Origin: an uncultured Acidobacteriaceae bacterium
GTDB lineage: Bacteria > Acidobacteriota > Terriglobia > Terriglobales > Acidobacteriaceae
DNA: 64,000 nt
Reading direction: 5' to 3'
Assembly (NCBI GenBank): GCA_963697045.1
Contig: CAVOMO010000001.1
Location: 100,444 to 164,443 of the forward strand
This document shows positions 47,058 to 58,225 of this stretch, piece after piece (position 1 is the first letter of the stretch; each line of letters starts with the position of its first letter). A program made the translations under genes and the position numbers. The notes beneath the pieces are model-generated. The model searched no databases and was not told the origin of the DNA. It worked only from the letters and a program-made list of their open reading frames with translations.

Positions 47058-49815
47058 ATGAACAGTTTTGGCAGTCGTTCCGTTCTTCGCGTCGGCAAGC
47101 GGGAATTTGAAATCTACCGCCTTGACGCGCTGGAAAAGCAGGGTTGCGCGGTGGCGCACCTGCCTTACTCTCTCCGCATTCTGCTGGAGAACCTTCTGCG
47201 CCGCGAAGATGGCAATTCGGTGAAGGCCGACGATATCCGCGCTCTCTCGTCGTGGACGGGCAAGACCGTCCCGGTGCAGGAGATTGCGTTCATGCCGAGC
47301 CGCGTGCTGCTGCAGGATTTTACCGGCGTGCCCGCGGTGGTAGACCTGGCCGCAATGCGCGATGCCATGAAGTCGCTGGGCGGCGATCCGAAGCTGATCA
47401 ATCCGCTACAACCGGCAGAGTTGGTGATCGACCACTCGGTGCAAGTGGATGAGTACGGTACGCCGCAGGCGTTTCAGCTCAACGCCGAACTGGAATTTCA
47501 ACGCAACAAAGAGCGGTACGCCTTCCTTCGCTGGGGACAGACCGCGTTCAAGAACTTCGCCATCGTGCCGCCCGACACCGGCATCGTTCACCAGATCAAT
47601 CTCGAGTATCTTGCACGAGTTGTCTTCGTTGGAGCGAACGGCGAGTCAGGAAAACCGATGGCTTATCCTGACACGCTGGTCGGCACCGATTCGCACACCA
47701 CGATGATCAACGGTCTCGGCGTTCTCGGCTGGGGCGTCGGGGGAATCGAGGCCGAGGCTGCGATGCTGGGACAGTCGGTCTCCATGCTGATCCCGCAGGT
47801 TGTCGGCGTGCGGTTGAAGAACCAGTTGCGCGAAGGCTCGACCGCGACTGACCTTGTCCTGACCGTGACCGAGATGTTGCGCAAGAAAGGCGTGGTTGGC
47901 AAGTTCGTAGAATTCTTTGGCCCCGGTCTGCACAACCTGCCGCTGGCCGATCGCGCGACCATTGCAAACATGGCGCCCGAATACGGTGCCACGTGCGGCA
48001 TCTTCCCAGTGGACGAAGAAACGCTGCGCTACCTCCGTCTCAGCGGACGCACGGAAGAACATATCAGCATCGTCGAGGCCTACTTCAAGGAGCAGGGCCT
48101 GTTCCACATGGCCAACACGCCCGAGGCGGAATACACCGACGTAGTTGAACTCGACCTCGCCACGGTCGAGCCAAGCATTGCCGGACCGAAGCGTCCGCAA
48201 GACCGCGTCGCGCTGTCGACTGCCGCGAAATCATTCGAGCAGGCCTTGCCGGGCCTGCTGAAGCCCGGCCAGCAGGTCCCTCCCAAGCAGGCCGCCCGCT
48301 GGGAGGGTGAGGGCGGGAATCCAGAGGGAATGGATACCCAGCACGACGTCGTCGAAGAGCACGTTGTACTGACCCAGGCACTCACCCACGGCAGCGTCGT
48401 GATCGCTGCCATCACTAGCTGCACCAATACTTCGAACCCGTCGGTGCTGATCGCTGCAGGATTGCTGGCGAAGAAAGCCGTCGAGAAAGGGCTGACGGTG
48501 CCATCGTGGGTGAAGACCTCGCTTGCGCCGGGATCAATGGTGGTTACGGACTATCTCACGCGCTCTGGATTGATGCCTTACCTTGAGAAGCTGAAGTTCA
48601 ACCTCGTCGGCTACGGCTGCACGACGTGCATTGGCAACTCAGGCCCGCTGCCGCAGGAGGTGTCGAATGTCATCACGGAGAAAGACCTGGTGGTAGCGTC
48701 AGTGCTCAGCGGGAACCGCAACTTCGAAGGCCGCATCAACTCTGAAGTTCGCGCGAACTATTTGATGTCGCCGCCGCTGGTGGTGGCCTTCGCGCTCGCC
48801 GGGCGCGCCGATATTGACATGTACAACGAACCCCTAGGCTACAGCCGAAATGGCAAACGCACCGCAGTTTACCTGAAGGACATCTGGCCGACGTCGAAAG
48901 AAGTGAACGACGTGCTGGCAAAATATGTCACCGGCGATATGTTCCAGAACGCCTACAGTAAAGTTTTTGAGGGCGATGATCGCTGGCGCAGTCTCCAGGT
49001 GCCGGAGGGAGAGACCTTCGCATGGCAGGAGAGCTCTACCTACGTAAAGAACCCTCCTTATTTCGAAAATATGCCGAAGACGCCTGCACTGGTGAAAGAC
49101 ATTTCCGGCGCGCGCGTGCTTTGCTATCTGGGGAACAGCGTCACCACCGACCACATCTCGCCCGCGGGCTCCATCAAGCCCAACAGCCCGGCTGGCCAAT
49201 ATCTCATCGCGCATGGCGTTAGCGTGGGCGACTTCAACTCCTACGGATCTCGCCGCGGCAATCACGAAGTGATGATGCGCGGTACCTTCGCAAACGTACG
49301 TCTGCGCAACAAACTCACCCCCGACCGCGAAGGCGCGTATACCCGTCACTTGCCAGATGGCAAGGAGATGTTCATCTTCGAGGCGTCGGAAAAATACCGC
49401 GCCGACGGCGTTCCGTTGATGGTGCTGGCGGGTAAAGAATACGGCTCAGGTTCGTCGCGCGATTGGGCGGCGAAGGGGCCGCGACTGCTCGGAGTTCGCG
49501 CGGTGCTGGCAGAAAGCTTCGAGCGCATCCACCGCTCGAACCTGGTGGGCATGGGCATCCTGCCGCTGCAATATCCTCGACGATGAGACCGCCGAAACCA
49601 ACGGCTTGACCGGCGAGGAGTCGTTCGACATTCTCGGGATAACCGATGTGCTGAAAAAGTTTGCGCCGGGCAAGACTGTGAAGGTGCGCGCCACCAAGGA
49701 CGACGGCGCCACCACCGAGTTCGACGCCACGGTGCGTATCGATACGCCGCAAGAAGTGCAGTATTACCAGCACGGCGGTATTTTGCAATACGTGCTAAGG
49801 CAGTTGCTGAAGTAG
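47058..49815 (+). pseudogene. acnA: Aconitate hydratase A, reading frame broken by one extra base near 49575-49579
   Basis: ORF 47058..49586 (842 aa; Fe-S ligand regions such as TSCTNTSNP and CTTCIGNSG) ends at [12 protein letters not shown]. The +1 frame continues [20 protein letters not shown]...GGILQYVLRQLLK (ORF 49606..49815), which is the normal AcnA C-terminus. Confidence 0.9.
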
Positions 49816-49967
49816 AAAGCCTTTGGCCAGCCGTTTCTCATGTTGTCATACCGAGCGGAGTCACCAGGGTTGGCGACGCAAACTCGGGGGTATGATTTTG
49901 CGGGTAGCTACTCAGTGAACCGTACGCAACGGCCCGCCAGCACACTCCCAAGATGCCCTAACCTTCG

Positions 49968-49997
49968 TTGACACCGCCCCTCGCGCTCTGTTAGTTT
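49968..49997 (+). promoter_or_regulatory. Possible promoter of the atp operon (weak)
   Basis: TTGACA at 49968-49973 is followed after 17-18 nt by TTAGTT/TAGTTT. The -10 match is poor. Confidence 0.2.
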
Positions 49998-50063
49998 TAA
50001 TAGTTCCACTTGTAATCCTAGCGCCCTCATAGTGTCTTCGGCAGTAGGCATTCACGAACCAGA

Positions 50064-50537
50064 ATGGATCTAATTCTCAAACAGGTAGGCGAATTACTGC
50101 TCGGAGCTGTGCCGACCATAGTAATTCTGCTGTCTTTGTACGCGATTTACAGCGTGGTGCTGCATAAGCCGCTGATGCGCGTGCTGGAAGAGCGACGCGA
50201 GCGCACTGAGGGGGCGGTTGTGAAGGCGCGCGCCGATATAGCGGCCGCGGAAACCCGCACCCAGGAGTATGAGCAGCGCTTGCGGGAGGCCCGCCTGGCA
50301 ATCTTCAAAGCGCAGGAGTCCCGCCGCCAGCTTGCACAACAAGCTCGTGCCGAAGCGGTTTCGCAAGCGCGCACCCAGGCCCAGGAACATGTTCGCGAAG
50401 CCCGGGCGGCCATTGAGCAGGACATGGTTGCAGCACGAGGAGGATTACAAGCGGAAACCGAGAGGCTGGCGACGGAAATCATCCGCACGATTCTGCGACC
50501 AGCAAACGTAACTCCTGCGGCAGGTGGTCAAGCGTGA
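50064..50537 (+). CDS. F0F1 ATP synthase subunit b' (second b-type stalk subunit)
   Basis: 157-aa ORF with a single N-terminal TM (LLLGAVPTIVILLSLYAIYSVVL). A long charged coiled coil rich in A/R/E/Q follows. Confidence 0.8.
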   Translation: MDLILKQVGELLLGAVPTIVILLSLYAIYSVVLHKPLMRVLEERRERTEGAVVKARADIAAAETRTQEYEQRLREARLAIFKAQESRRQLAQQARAEAVSQARTQAQEHVREARAAIEQDMVAARGGLQAETERLATEIIRTILRPANVTPAAGGQA

Positions 50538-51295
50538 TGAAGCGTGCGGCTCGTCTGGCGACCCTGAGTTTCCTGTTCCTGATTCTTGCGTTTGGCGCCC
50601 TCAGCGCCCAGCAGCCCACTGGATCATCTTCTTCCGCTGCCTCCGCCAACCAGGCGCAGGCTCCCTCGGCGCAGCAGCAGCCCTCTCATAATCCCGACAC
50701 GGTGACCGACGAAGAATTGGATTCCGCCGCCGCCGGCGATGCCGGTGAGAAGGAAGAAAATGCGCAGTTGAAATACTCCAAGAATGTGGTGCGGTGGGGG
50801 CACTTCGTGGGACTCAGTCCGCACGCCAGCTACGTGGTTTACTGGTTCCTCAATTTTGTTCTGGTGGTCTTGTTCTTTGTCTTCCTTCTGCGTACGTCTG
50901 TGCCCAAGATGTTTCGCGATCGCACTCAATCAATTCAGAAGGGGATACGCGAGGCGCAGGCGGCAAGTGCCGAGGCGGCGAGGCGTTTGAGCGATATCGA
51001 AGCCCGCCTGGCAAAGCTGGACACCGAGGTCGGAGAGATTCGGGCGTCGGCTGAGAGTGAAGCTGCGACGGAAGAAATGCGAATCCGTCAGGCTGCCGAG
51101 GAAGACAAGCGCAAGATACTGGAAGGGATTGAGACAGAGATCAGTGCCCTCGCGCGCAATGCCCGCCGCGAATTGAAGACCTACGCTGCCACCCTGGCGG
51201 TCGATCTGGCGTCGCGCCAGATTAAGGTGGACGAGCCTACCGACCAGGCGTTGCTGCGTGAGTTCGTGGGTCAACTGGGAAAGGACGGCAAGTAA
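50537..51295 (+). CDS. atpF: F0F1 ATP synthase subunit b with a ~95-aa N-terminal extension
   Basis: The ATG at 50537 overlaps the b' stop (TGATG). The C-terminal ~155 aa have the canonical b layout (TM YVVYWFLNFVLVVLFFVFLL, then a coiled coil). The N-terminus has a signal-like segment plus a Q/S/A-rich low-complexity stretch. Confidence 0.8.
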   Translation: MKRAARLATLSFLFLILAFGALSAQQPTGSSSSAASANQAQAPSAQQQPSHNPDTVTDEELDSAAAGDAGEKEENAQLKYSKNVVRWGHFVGLSPHASYVVYWFLNFVLVVLFFVFLLRTSVPKMFRDRTQSIQKGIREAQAASAEAARRLSDIEARLAKLDTEVGEIRASAESEAATEEMRIRQAAEEDKRKILEGIETEISALARNARRELKTYAATLAVDLASRQIKVDEPTDQALLREFVGQLGKDGK

Positions 51296-51297
51296 GC

Positions 51298-51837
51298 ATG
51301 TCCGCCATTGCCCGCCGATATGCCCGCGCCTTGGTAGAGGTTGTCCTCGAACAGAAGATTGATCCCGACGTGGCACGGCAGCAACTGAATGCCATTGTGA
51401 ATGCCGTTCACGAAAGCACCGACCTGCGCCGCGTGTGGGAATCTCCGGCCGTCTCGGCCGAGCAGAAACGGGCAGTCCTGGATGCCGTGGTTCGGCAGAT
51501 TGGGGCGGCCAAGCCGATCCGCAATTTCATCGCGATCCTCATTGATCATCGCCGCATTGCGATGTTGAATGACATGGCCAAACAATTTGACAGTGAACTG
51601 AATGCCCAGTTGGGATTGGAAGAGGCGGAGATTTCCAGCGCTCGCCCGCTCTCACCCGATGGGAAGCGCGGGCTGGAATCGCAACTGGAGCGCTTGACGG
51701 GCAAGAAGGTGCGCGCGACCTACTCCTCAGATCCCGAGCTTCTAGGCGGAGTTGTGGTACGCATGGGCAGCACGATTTACGACGGCTCGGTGCGCGGGCA
51801 GTTGGAGAAGATGAAGCAGGAGTTGAGCAGGGCGTAA
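51298..51837 (+). CDS. atpH: F0F1 ATP synthase subunit delta
   Basis: 179-aa ORF starting [12 protein letters not shown] and ending ...[23 protein letters not shown]. This is the OSCP/delta pattern. Confidence 0.9.
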   Translation: MSAIARRYARALVEVVLEQKIDPDVARQQLNAIVNAVHESTDLRRVWESPAVSAEQKRAVLDAVVRQIGAAKPIRNFIAILIDHRRIAMLNDMAKQFDSELNAQLGLEEAEISSARPLSPDGKRGLESQLERLTGKKVRATYSSDPELLGGVVVRMGSTIYDGSVRGQLEKMKQELSRA

Positions 51838-51880
51838 GCGCGGCCAACACAATTTATTCGCAATACTGGAACGGAACTCT

Positions 51881-53422
51881 ATGGCGCAGATCAAAGCAGA
51901 CGAGATCACGAAACTCATCCGCGAGCAGATCGACAACTACGAAACCAAGATCGCCGTTGATGAAGTCGGCACCGTAATGTCCATTGGTGACGGCATTGCT
52001 CGCGTTTATGGACTGGACAAGGTCATGGCCGGCGAACTCCTGTCGTTCCCCCACAACGTAGCAGGTCTCGCGATGAACCTGGAGGAAGACCAGGTCGGCG
52101 TGGTGCTGCTGGGCGAATACACAGCGGTCGAAGAGGGCGACGAGGTAAAGCGCACTGGACGAATTATGAGTGTGCCGGTGGGCGATGCCATGATTGGCCG
52201 CGTGGTCAACGGCCTCGGCGTGCCCATCGACGACAAAGGCCCCGTCAATACCGACAAGTACATTCCAGTTGAGCGTCTGGCGCCGGGCGTGATCAACCGC
52301 CAACCCGTGAAAGAGCCTATGGCTACCGGGTTGAAGGCCATCGACTCGATGATTCCCATCGGGCGCGGCCAGCGCGAGCTCATCATCGGCGACCGTCAGA
52401 CCGGCAAGACCGCAGTTGCCATCGACACCATCATCAACAGCAAGGGCCGCAACCTCATCTGTATCTACTGCGCTATCGGTCAGAAGCGGTCTTCCGTCGC
52501 GCATGTGGTGAAGACGTTGGAAGATTTCGGGGCGATGGAATACACCATCGTCGTTTCCGCATCGGCCTCTGATCCCGCACCCATGCAGTACATCGCGCCC
52601 TACGCCGCCTGCGCCATCGGGGAGTACTTCCGCGATAACGGGAAGCACGCGCTGTGCATTTACGACGATCTGTCGAAACATGCTGTGGCATATCGCGAAA
52701 TCTCGCTGCTGTTGCGCCGGCCGCCTGGACGCGAGGCCTATCCCGGCGACGTTTTCTACTTACACTCGCGCCTGTTGGAGCGCGCCGCGAAGCTCAGCAA
52801 TGAGCTTGGCGGCGGTTCATTGACAGCGCTGCCTATCATCGAAACCCAGGCAGGCGACGTTTCGGCATACATTCCGACCAACGTCATCTCCATCACCGAT
52901 GGCCAGATTTATCTCGAGACCGATCTGTTCAACTCCGGTGTACGGCCGGCTGTGAACGTCGGCTTGTCGGTCAGCCGCGTCGGCGGCAGCGCGCAGATCA
53001 AGGCCATGCGGCAGGTTGCAGGGACACTGCGATTGGACTTGGCGCAGTACCGCGAACTGGCGGCGTTCTCGCAGTTCGGTAGCGACCTCGACAAGGCAAC
53101 GCAAGCGCAACTCGCCCGCGGCGGCCGTCTGACTGAGATCCTGAAGCAGGGCCAGTATCAGCCGCTGCCGTTCTCCAAGCAGATTCTCATCATCTACGCC
53201 GGCACCCAGGGCCTGCTCGACGACATGCCTGTCGATCAATTGGGCGAGTTTGAAAAGGGTCTGTACAACTATGTGGAGACCACGAATCCTGGAGTGCTCA
53301 AGTCCATCGAGGAAAAGAAGGTTCTTGATGACGATCTGCGCGCGGCCATGACCAAGATCACCAAGGAGTTCAAGGAGCGTTTCGCCAGCGAGCGTCAGGC
53401 TGTAGCCAAGGCGAGCGCCTAG
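51881..53422 (+). CDS. atpA: F0F1 ATP synthase subunit alpha
   Basis: 513-aa ORF with the Walker A motif GDRQTGKT. The sequence is alpha-subunit-like throughout. Confidence 0.97.
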   Translation: MAQIKADEITKLIREQIDNYETKIAVDEVGTVMSIGDGIARVYGLDKVMAGELLSFPHNVAGLAMNLEEDQVGVVLLGEYTAVEEGDEVKRTGRIMSVPVGDAMIGRVVNGLGVPIDDKGPVNTDKYIPVERLAPGVINRQPVKEPMATGLKAIDSMIPIGRGQRELIIGDRQTGKTAVAIDTIINSKGRNLICIYCAIGQKRSSVAHVVKTLEDFGAMEYTIVVSASASDPAPMQYIAPYAACAIGEYFRDNGKHALCIYDDLSKHAVAYREISLLLRRPPGREAYPGDVFYLHSRLLERAAKLSNELGGGSLTALPIIETQAGDVSAYIPTNVISITDGQIYLETDLFNSGVRPAVNVGLSVSRVGGSAQIKAMRQVAGTLRLDLAQYRELAAFSQFGSDLDKATQAQLARGGRLTEILKQGQYQPLPFSKQILIIYAGTQGLLDDMPVDQLGEFEKGLYNYVETTNPGVLKSIEEKKVLDDDLRAAMTKITKEFKERFASERQAVAKASA

Positions 53423-53428
53423 AACCAC

Positions 53429-54466
53429 ATGGCGAACATACGCGACATTCGGCGACGCATCCGTAGCGTGAAGAGCACGCGGCAGATCACCAAAGCCATG
53501 AAGATGGTGGCGGCGGCCAAGTTGCGTCGCGCCCAGGAACGGGCCCTGGCAGCTCGGCCTTACGCTGTGATGATCACCAACGTATTGCGCTCGCTGGTCA
53601 ACCGTACCGACCTGGTTGATCCGAAAACGGGTGAGCCGAAGCACCCCCTGCTGGCGCAACGGCCAGAGCAGAACATCCTTCTCGTGCTGGTTACCGGCGA
53701 CCGTGGACTGGCAGGCGCGTTCAACTCCAACGTATTGAAAGCGGCGGCTAAGTTCCTGGAACTGTTCAAGGACAAGAACATCAGCATCGCCGCGGTGGGC
53801 CGAAAGGGCCGCGACTACATGCGCCGTCGTTATCCAGTAGCCACACCCGGAAGTGCGACGCGTGCCGGCCAGGTGCAGATCGTCGGCGAACATCTGAACC
53901 TGCTTGGCAAGTTGGAATACGAAGCTGTTTCCGAGATCGTCGACCGCGTGATTCTGGCCTACGACCATGGCGAAATCGATTCGGTTTACGTGATCTACAA
54001 CGAGTTCAAGTCGGTGATCTCGCAGCGGCTTATTGCACAGCGCATTTTGCCGGTACAGGAAATCGGCCGCCGCGAAGTATTTCTAACCGAAGAGTTTTCG
54101 TTGGAAGAGCGTGAGCGCATGGGCGAAGCTGCCCGCGCTGCCGGAATCAGCCTGAAGGCCCCGGAGGAGAGCGAGGAGGAGCGGCGCGCCAAGGAATTTC
54201 CTGCTCCGGATGTTGATTACATTTATGAGCAACCGGCGGAGGAGATTTTCCGCGCCATGTTGCCAAAGTACGTGGTCATGCAGCTCTTCCAGGCAATGTT
54301 GGAATCGGTGGCGGCGGAAAATGCGGCCCGCATGACTGCGATGGATTCGGCCTCCAACAATGCGAATGACGTGATCGATTCTCTGACGCTGACCATGAAT
54401 CGTGCGCGCCAGGCCGCGATCACGAAGGAGATCATCGAGATTGTAAGTGGCGCTGCAGCGTTGTAA
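53429..54466 (+). CDS. atpG: F0F1 ATP synthase subunit gamma (345 aa, with internal insertion)
   Basis: The N-terminus MANIRDIRRRIRSVKSTRQITKAMKMVAAAKLRRAQ and the C-terminus ARQAAITKEIIEIVSGAAAL are canonical. About 37 extra residues lie between ILPV and YIYEQP. Confidence 0.95.
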   Translation: MANIRDIRRRIRSVKSTRQITKAMKMVAAAKLRRAQERALAARPYAVMITNVLRSLVNRTDLVDPKTGEPKHPLLAQRPEQNILLVLVTGDRGLAGAFNSNVLKAAAKFLELFKDKNISIAAVGRKGRDYMRRRYPVATPGSATRAGQVQIVGEHLNLLGKLEYEAVSEIVDRVILAYDHGEIDSVYVIYNEFKSVISQRLIAQRILPVQEIGRREVFLTEEFSLEERERMGEAARAAGISLKAPEESEEERRAKEFPAPDVDYIYEQPAEEIFRAMLPKYVVMQLFQAMLESVAAENAARMTAMDSASNNANDVIDSLTLTMNRARQAAITKEIIEIVSGAAAL

Positions 54467-54471
54467 GAACA

Positions 54472-56034
<1,563 letters not shown>

Positions 56035-56040
56035 TCTGCC

Positions 56041-56463
56041 ATGGCTGACACGCTGCACTTACAAATCGTGACTCCTGACCACCTCCTCGTGCGTGAGGAT
56101 TGCAACCAGGTTCAGATACCCGGCAAGAACGGAGAACTGGGTATTTTGCCGGGACATGCGCCGCTGATTACCGAGTTGCAAATTGGTGAGATCAGTTATC
56201 GAGCTGGCACAAACACGCATTATCTGGCTGTCGCGTGGGGATTCGCCGAGGTCTTGCCGGACAAGGTAACGATCCTCGCTGACGCTGCCGAGCGTCCGGA
56301 AGACATTGACGTCAAGCGCGCGCAGGAGGCGAAGGCCCGGGCCGAAGAGGCGCTGCGTCAAGCCGCCGCCGATATTGACTATGATGCGGTGCTCAATGCG
56401 CTGCGCCGCGCCGAAGTTCGCCTCGCGGTCGCCGCTCGCGCAGGGCAGACGGTCGCGCACTAG
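56041..56463 (+). CDS. atpC: F0F1 ATP synthase subunit epsilon
   Basis: 140-aa ORF in which an N-terminal beta-sandwich (LQIVTPD...GILPGHAPLIT) is followed by a C-terminal helical hairpin. Confidence 0.9.
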   Translation: MADTLHLQIVTPDHLLVREDCNQVQIPGKNGELGILPGHAPLITELQIGEISYRAGTNTHYLAVAWGFAEVLPDKVTILADAAERPEDIDVKRAQEAKARAEEALRQAAADIDYDAVLNALRRAEVRLAVAARAGQTVAH

Positions 56464-56509
56464 ACTGATAGAGGCAGCCTTTAGGCTGGCGCCAAGAACA
56501 CTCCTAAAG

Positions 56510-56554
56510 ATGAAGCCGCGGCGGTCATTGTCTTAATGACCGCCGCGGCTTCAT
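56510..56554. terminator. Perfect 20-bp-stem hairpin between convergent atpC and serA (likely bidirectional terminator)
   Basis: ATGAAGCCGCGGCGGTCATT (56510-56529) and AATGACCGCCGCGGCTTCAT (56535-56554) are exact reverse complements. T-rich flanks are present on both strands (ggttcttt on one side, tctttagg on the other). Confidence 0.6.
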
Positions 56555-56605
56555 GGTTCTTTGGTCCGCAACTCACGCGACGCTGAAGTGCCGCTCTACC
56601 CGCGT

Positions 56606-58225
56606 TTACGCCGAAACTGCTTTCGGCTGCTGCACGGCAAAGCGAATCGCTTTGGCGAGAAGAATGGTCTCGATGCAACGCAAGGCCTCGAGCACCTTGT
56701 CGCTGATCTCACCATCCACCTGCACCACCGCTACCGCCGATGCCTCCTGCCCACTCTGCCTGCGACCGAGCGAGAAGTTGGCGATGTTGACATTGTGCTG
56801 CCCCAGCACAGTTCCGACTCGGCCCACAACGCCGGGCACGTCGAGATTGCGCAGGTAGATGAAGGTACCCTCAAGCGGTGCCTCTACGTCGATGCCATCG
56901 ATTTCCAGCAACCTTGGTAAGCCGCCGGGCTGAACGCAACCGGCCACCGTATTTTCCTGCTGACCGGTTTTGAAGGTCATGCGGACCACGTTTGAGGCAG
57001 CGCCTCCTGCATCGCGCGCTTTCTTGCGTTCGGTAATGCGGATACCCCGCTCCTCGGCGATCGACGCCGCATTCACCAGGTTCGCCCGTTCATGAGCATG
57101 AGCGATCTGGTTCAGTGCGCCGGCCACGGCAGCATTGCGGATGAGTGCGGTCTTCCACTCGGCGATTTCGCCGCTGTAGCTTAGACCCATCTCTTCCACA
57201 CCGCCCTCGCTCGATTGCGCCAGGAACGCGCCCAGGCGCTCGGCGAGCAGGATGTATGGCAACATCTGCTGATACTCTTCTTCACTGATCGAGGGCACGT
57301 TGACGGCGTTTTGGATAACGCCCTTCAGCAGGTACTCGCGGACCTGTAGCGCGATCTGCACACCGACGGCCTCCGACGCCTCGTGGGTGGAACCCGCAAT
57401 GTGGGGCGTCAGGATGACGTTCGGAAGCGTAGCCAGCGGAGAGTCTTTGAGCGGCTCATGGCTGTAAACATCCAGCGCAGCGCCACCCAGTTGTCCCGAC
57501 TGTAAGGCTTCGATGACGGCGGGTTCGTTCAACAACTCGCCGCGAGCGCAATTGATGAGGCGTACGCCCTTTTTCATTTTATGAATGGAGTCGGTACTGA
57601 TCATGCCTTGGGTCTGCGGGGTAAGACCGACATGCAATGTGATGTAGTCGGATTGAGCGAAGACCTCATCGAGCGATCCCAGTGTGATGTTCAATTGCTG
57701 TGCCAGACTGGGTGCCACGTAGGGATCGTGTGCGACTATCTTCATGCCAAAGGCGATGGCGCGGCGGGAGACTTCCACTCCGACACGGCCCAAGCCGACG
57801 ATGCCAAGCGTCTTGCCGCGAAGCTCGGTGCCTTGCAAGGTCTTCTTTTCCCATTTGCCGGCATGCATGGTGGAGTCGGCGCGTACGAGGTGACGCGCGA
57901 GGGCCAGCATAAGAGCGAACGTGTGCTCCGCGACCGCGACCGCATTGCCGCCAGGCGTGTTCATCACCACAATGCCGTGTTTGGTGGCAGCGTCGAGATC
58001 GACGTTGTCGACGCCCACGCCGGCGCGTCCGATGACACGCAGCTTGGGGGCCTTTTCCATCATCGCGGCATCGACGAACGTCGCAGAACGGACCAGTATG
58101 GCATCCGCTGTGGCGAGCTCGCCTGGTAGCGTTTCTTTGTCTGTGGTTACAACTTTCCAGTCTTTGTGTTCGCTGAAGATGGCGGACGCGGAAGAAGAGA
58201 TTTTGTCGGCAATGACGATTTTCAT
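56606..58225 (-). CDS. serA: D-3-phosphoglycerate dehydrogenase (long form with ASB/ACT C-terminal domains)
   Basis: 539-aa ORF with the NAD-binding motif GIVGLGRVGVEV and the catalytic region of 2-hydroxyacid dehydrogenases. A C-terminal regulatory extension is present. Confidence 0.9.
   Translation of the reverse strand: MKIVIADKISSSASAIFSEHKDWKVVTTDKETLPGELATADAILVRSATFVDAAMMEKAPKLRVIGRAGVGVDNVDLDAATKHGIVVMNTPGGNAVAVAEHTFALMLALARHLVRADSTMHAGKWEKKTLQGTELRGKTLGIVGLGRVGVEVSRRAIAFGMKIVAHDPYVAPSLAQQLNITLGSLDEVFAQSDYITLHVGLTPQTQGMISTDSIHKMKKGVRLINCARGELLNEPAVIEALQSGQLGGAALDVYSHEPLKDSPLATLPNVILTPHIAGSTHEASEAVGVQIALQVREYLLKGVIQNAVNVPSISEEEYQQMLPYILLAERLGAFLAQSSEGGVEEMGLSYSGEIAEWKTALIRNAAVAGALNQIAHAHERANLVNAASIAEERGIRITERKKARDAGGAASNVVRMTFKTGQQENTVAGCVQPGGLPRLLEIDGIDVEAPLEGTFIYLRNLDVPGVVGRVGTVLGQHNVNIANFSLGRRQSGQEASAVAVVQVDGEISDKVLEALRCIETILLAKAIRFAVQQPKAVSA

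Noticed and set aside
49560-49590. Programmed ribosomal frameshifting as an explanation for the acnA break, and likewise for the serS break at 63840-63850
   Set aside because: No slippery X-XXY-YYZ heptamer, no RF2-like CUU-UGA-C context with an upstream Shine-Dalgarno sequence, and no downstream structure was noticed. Neither gene family is known to use recoding. Base insertion (error or mutation) is the simpler explanation.
49816-50063. Search for missing atpB/atpE (subunits a and c) upstream of the atp operon
   Set aside because: No ORF of suitable size or hydrophobicity exists in this 248-bp gap on either strand. The genes are simply not in this window.
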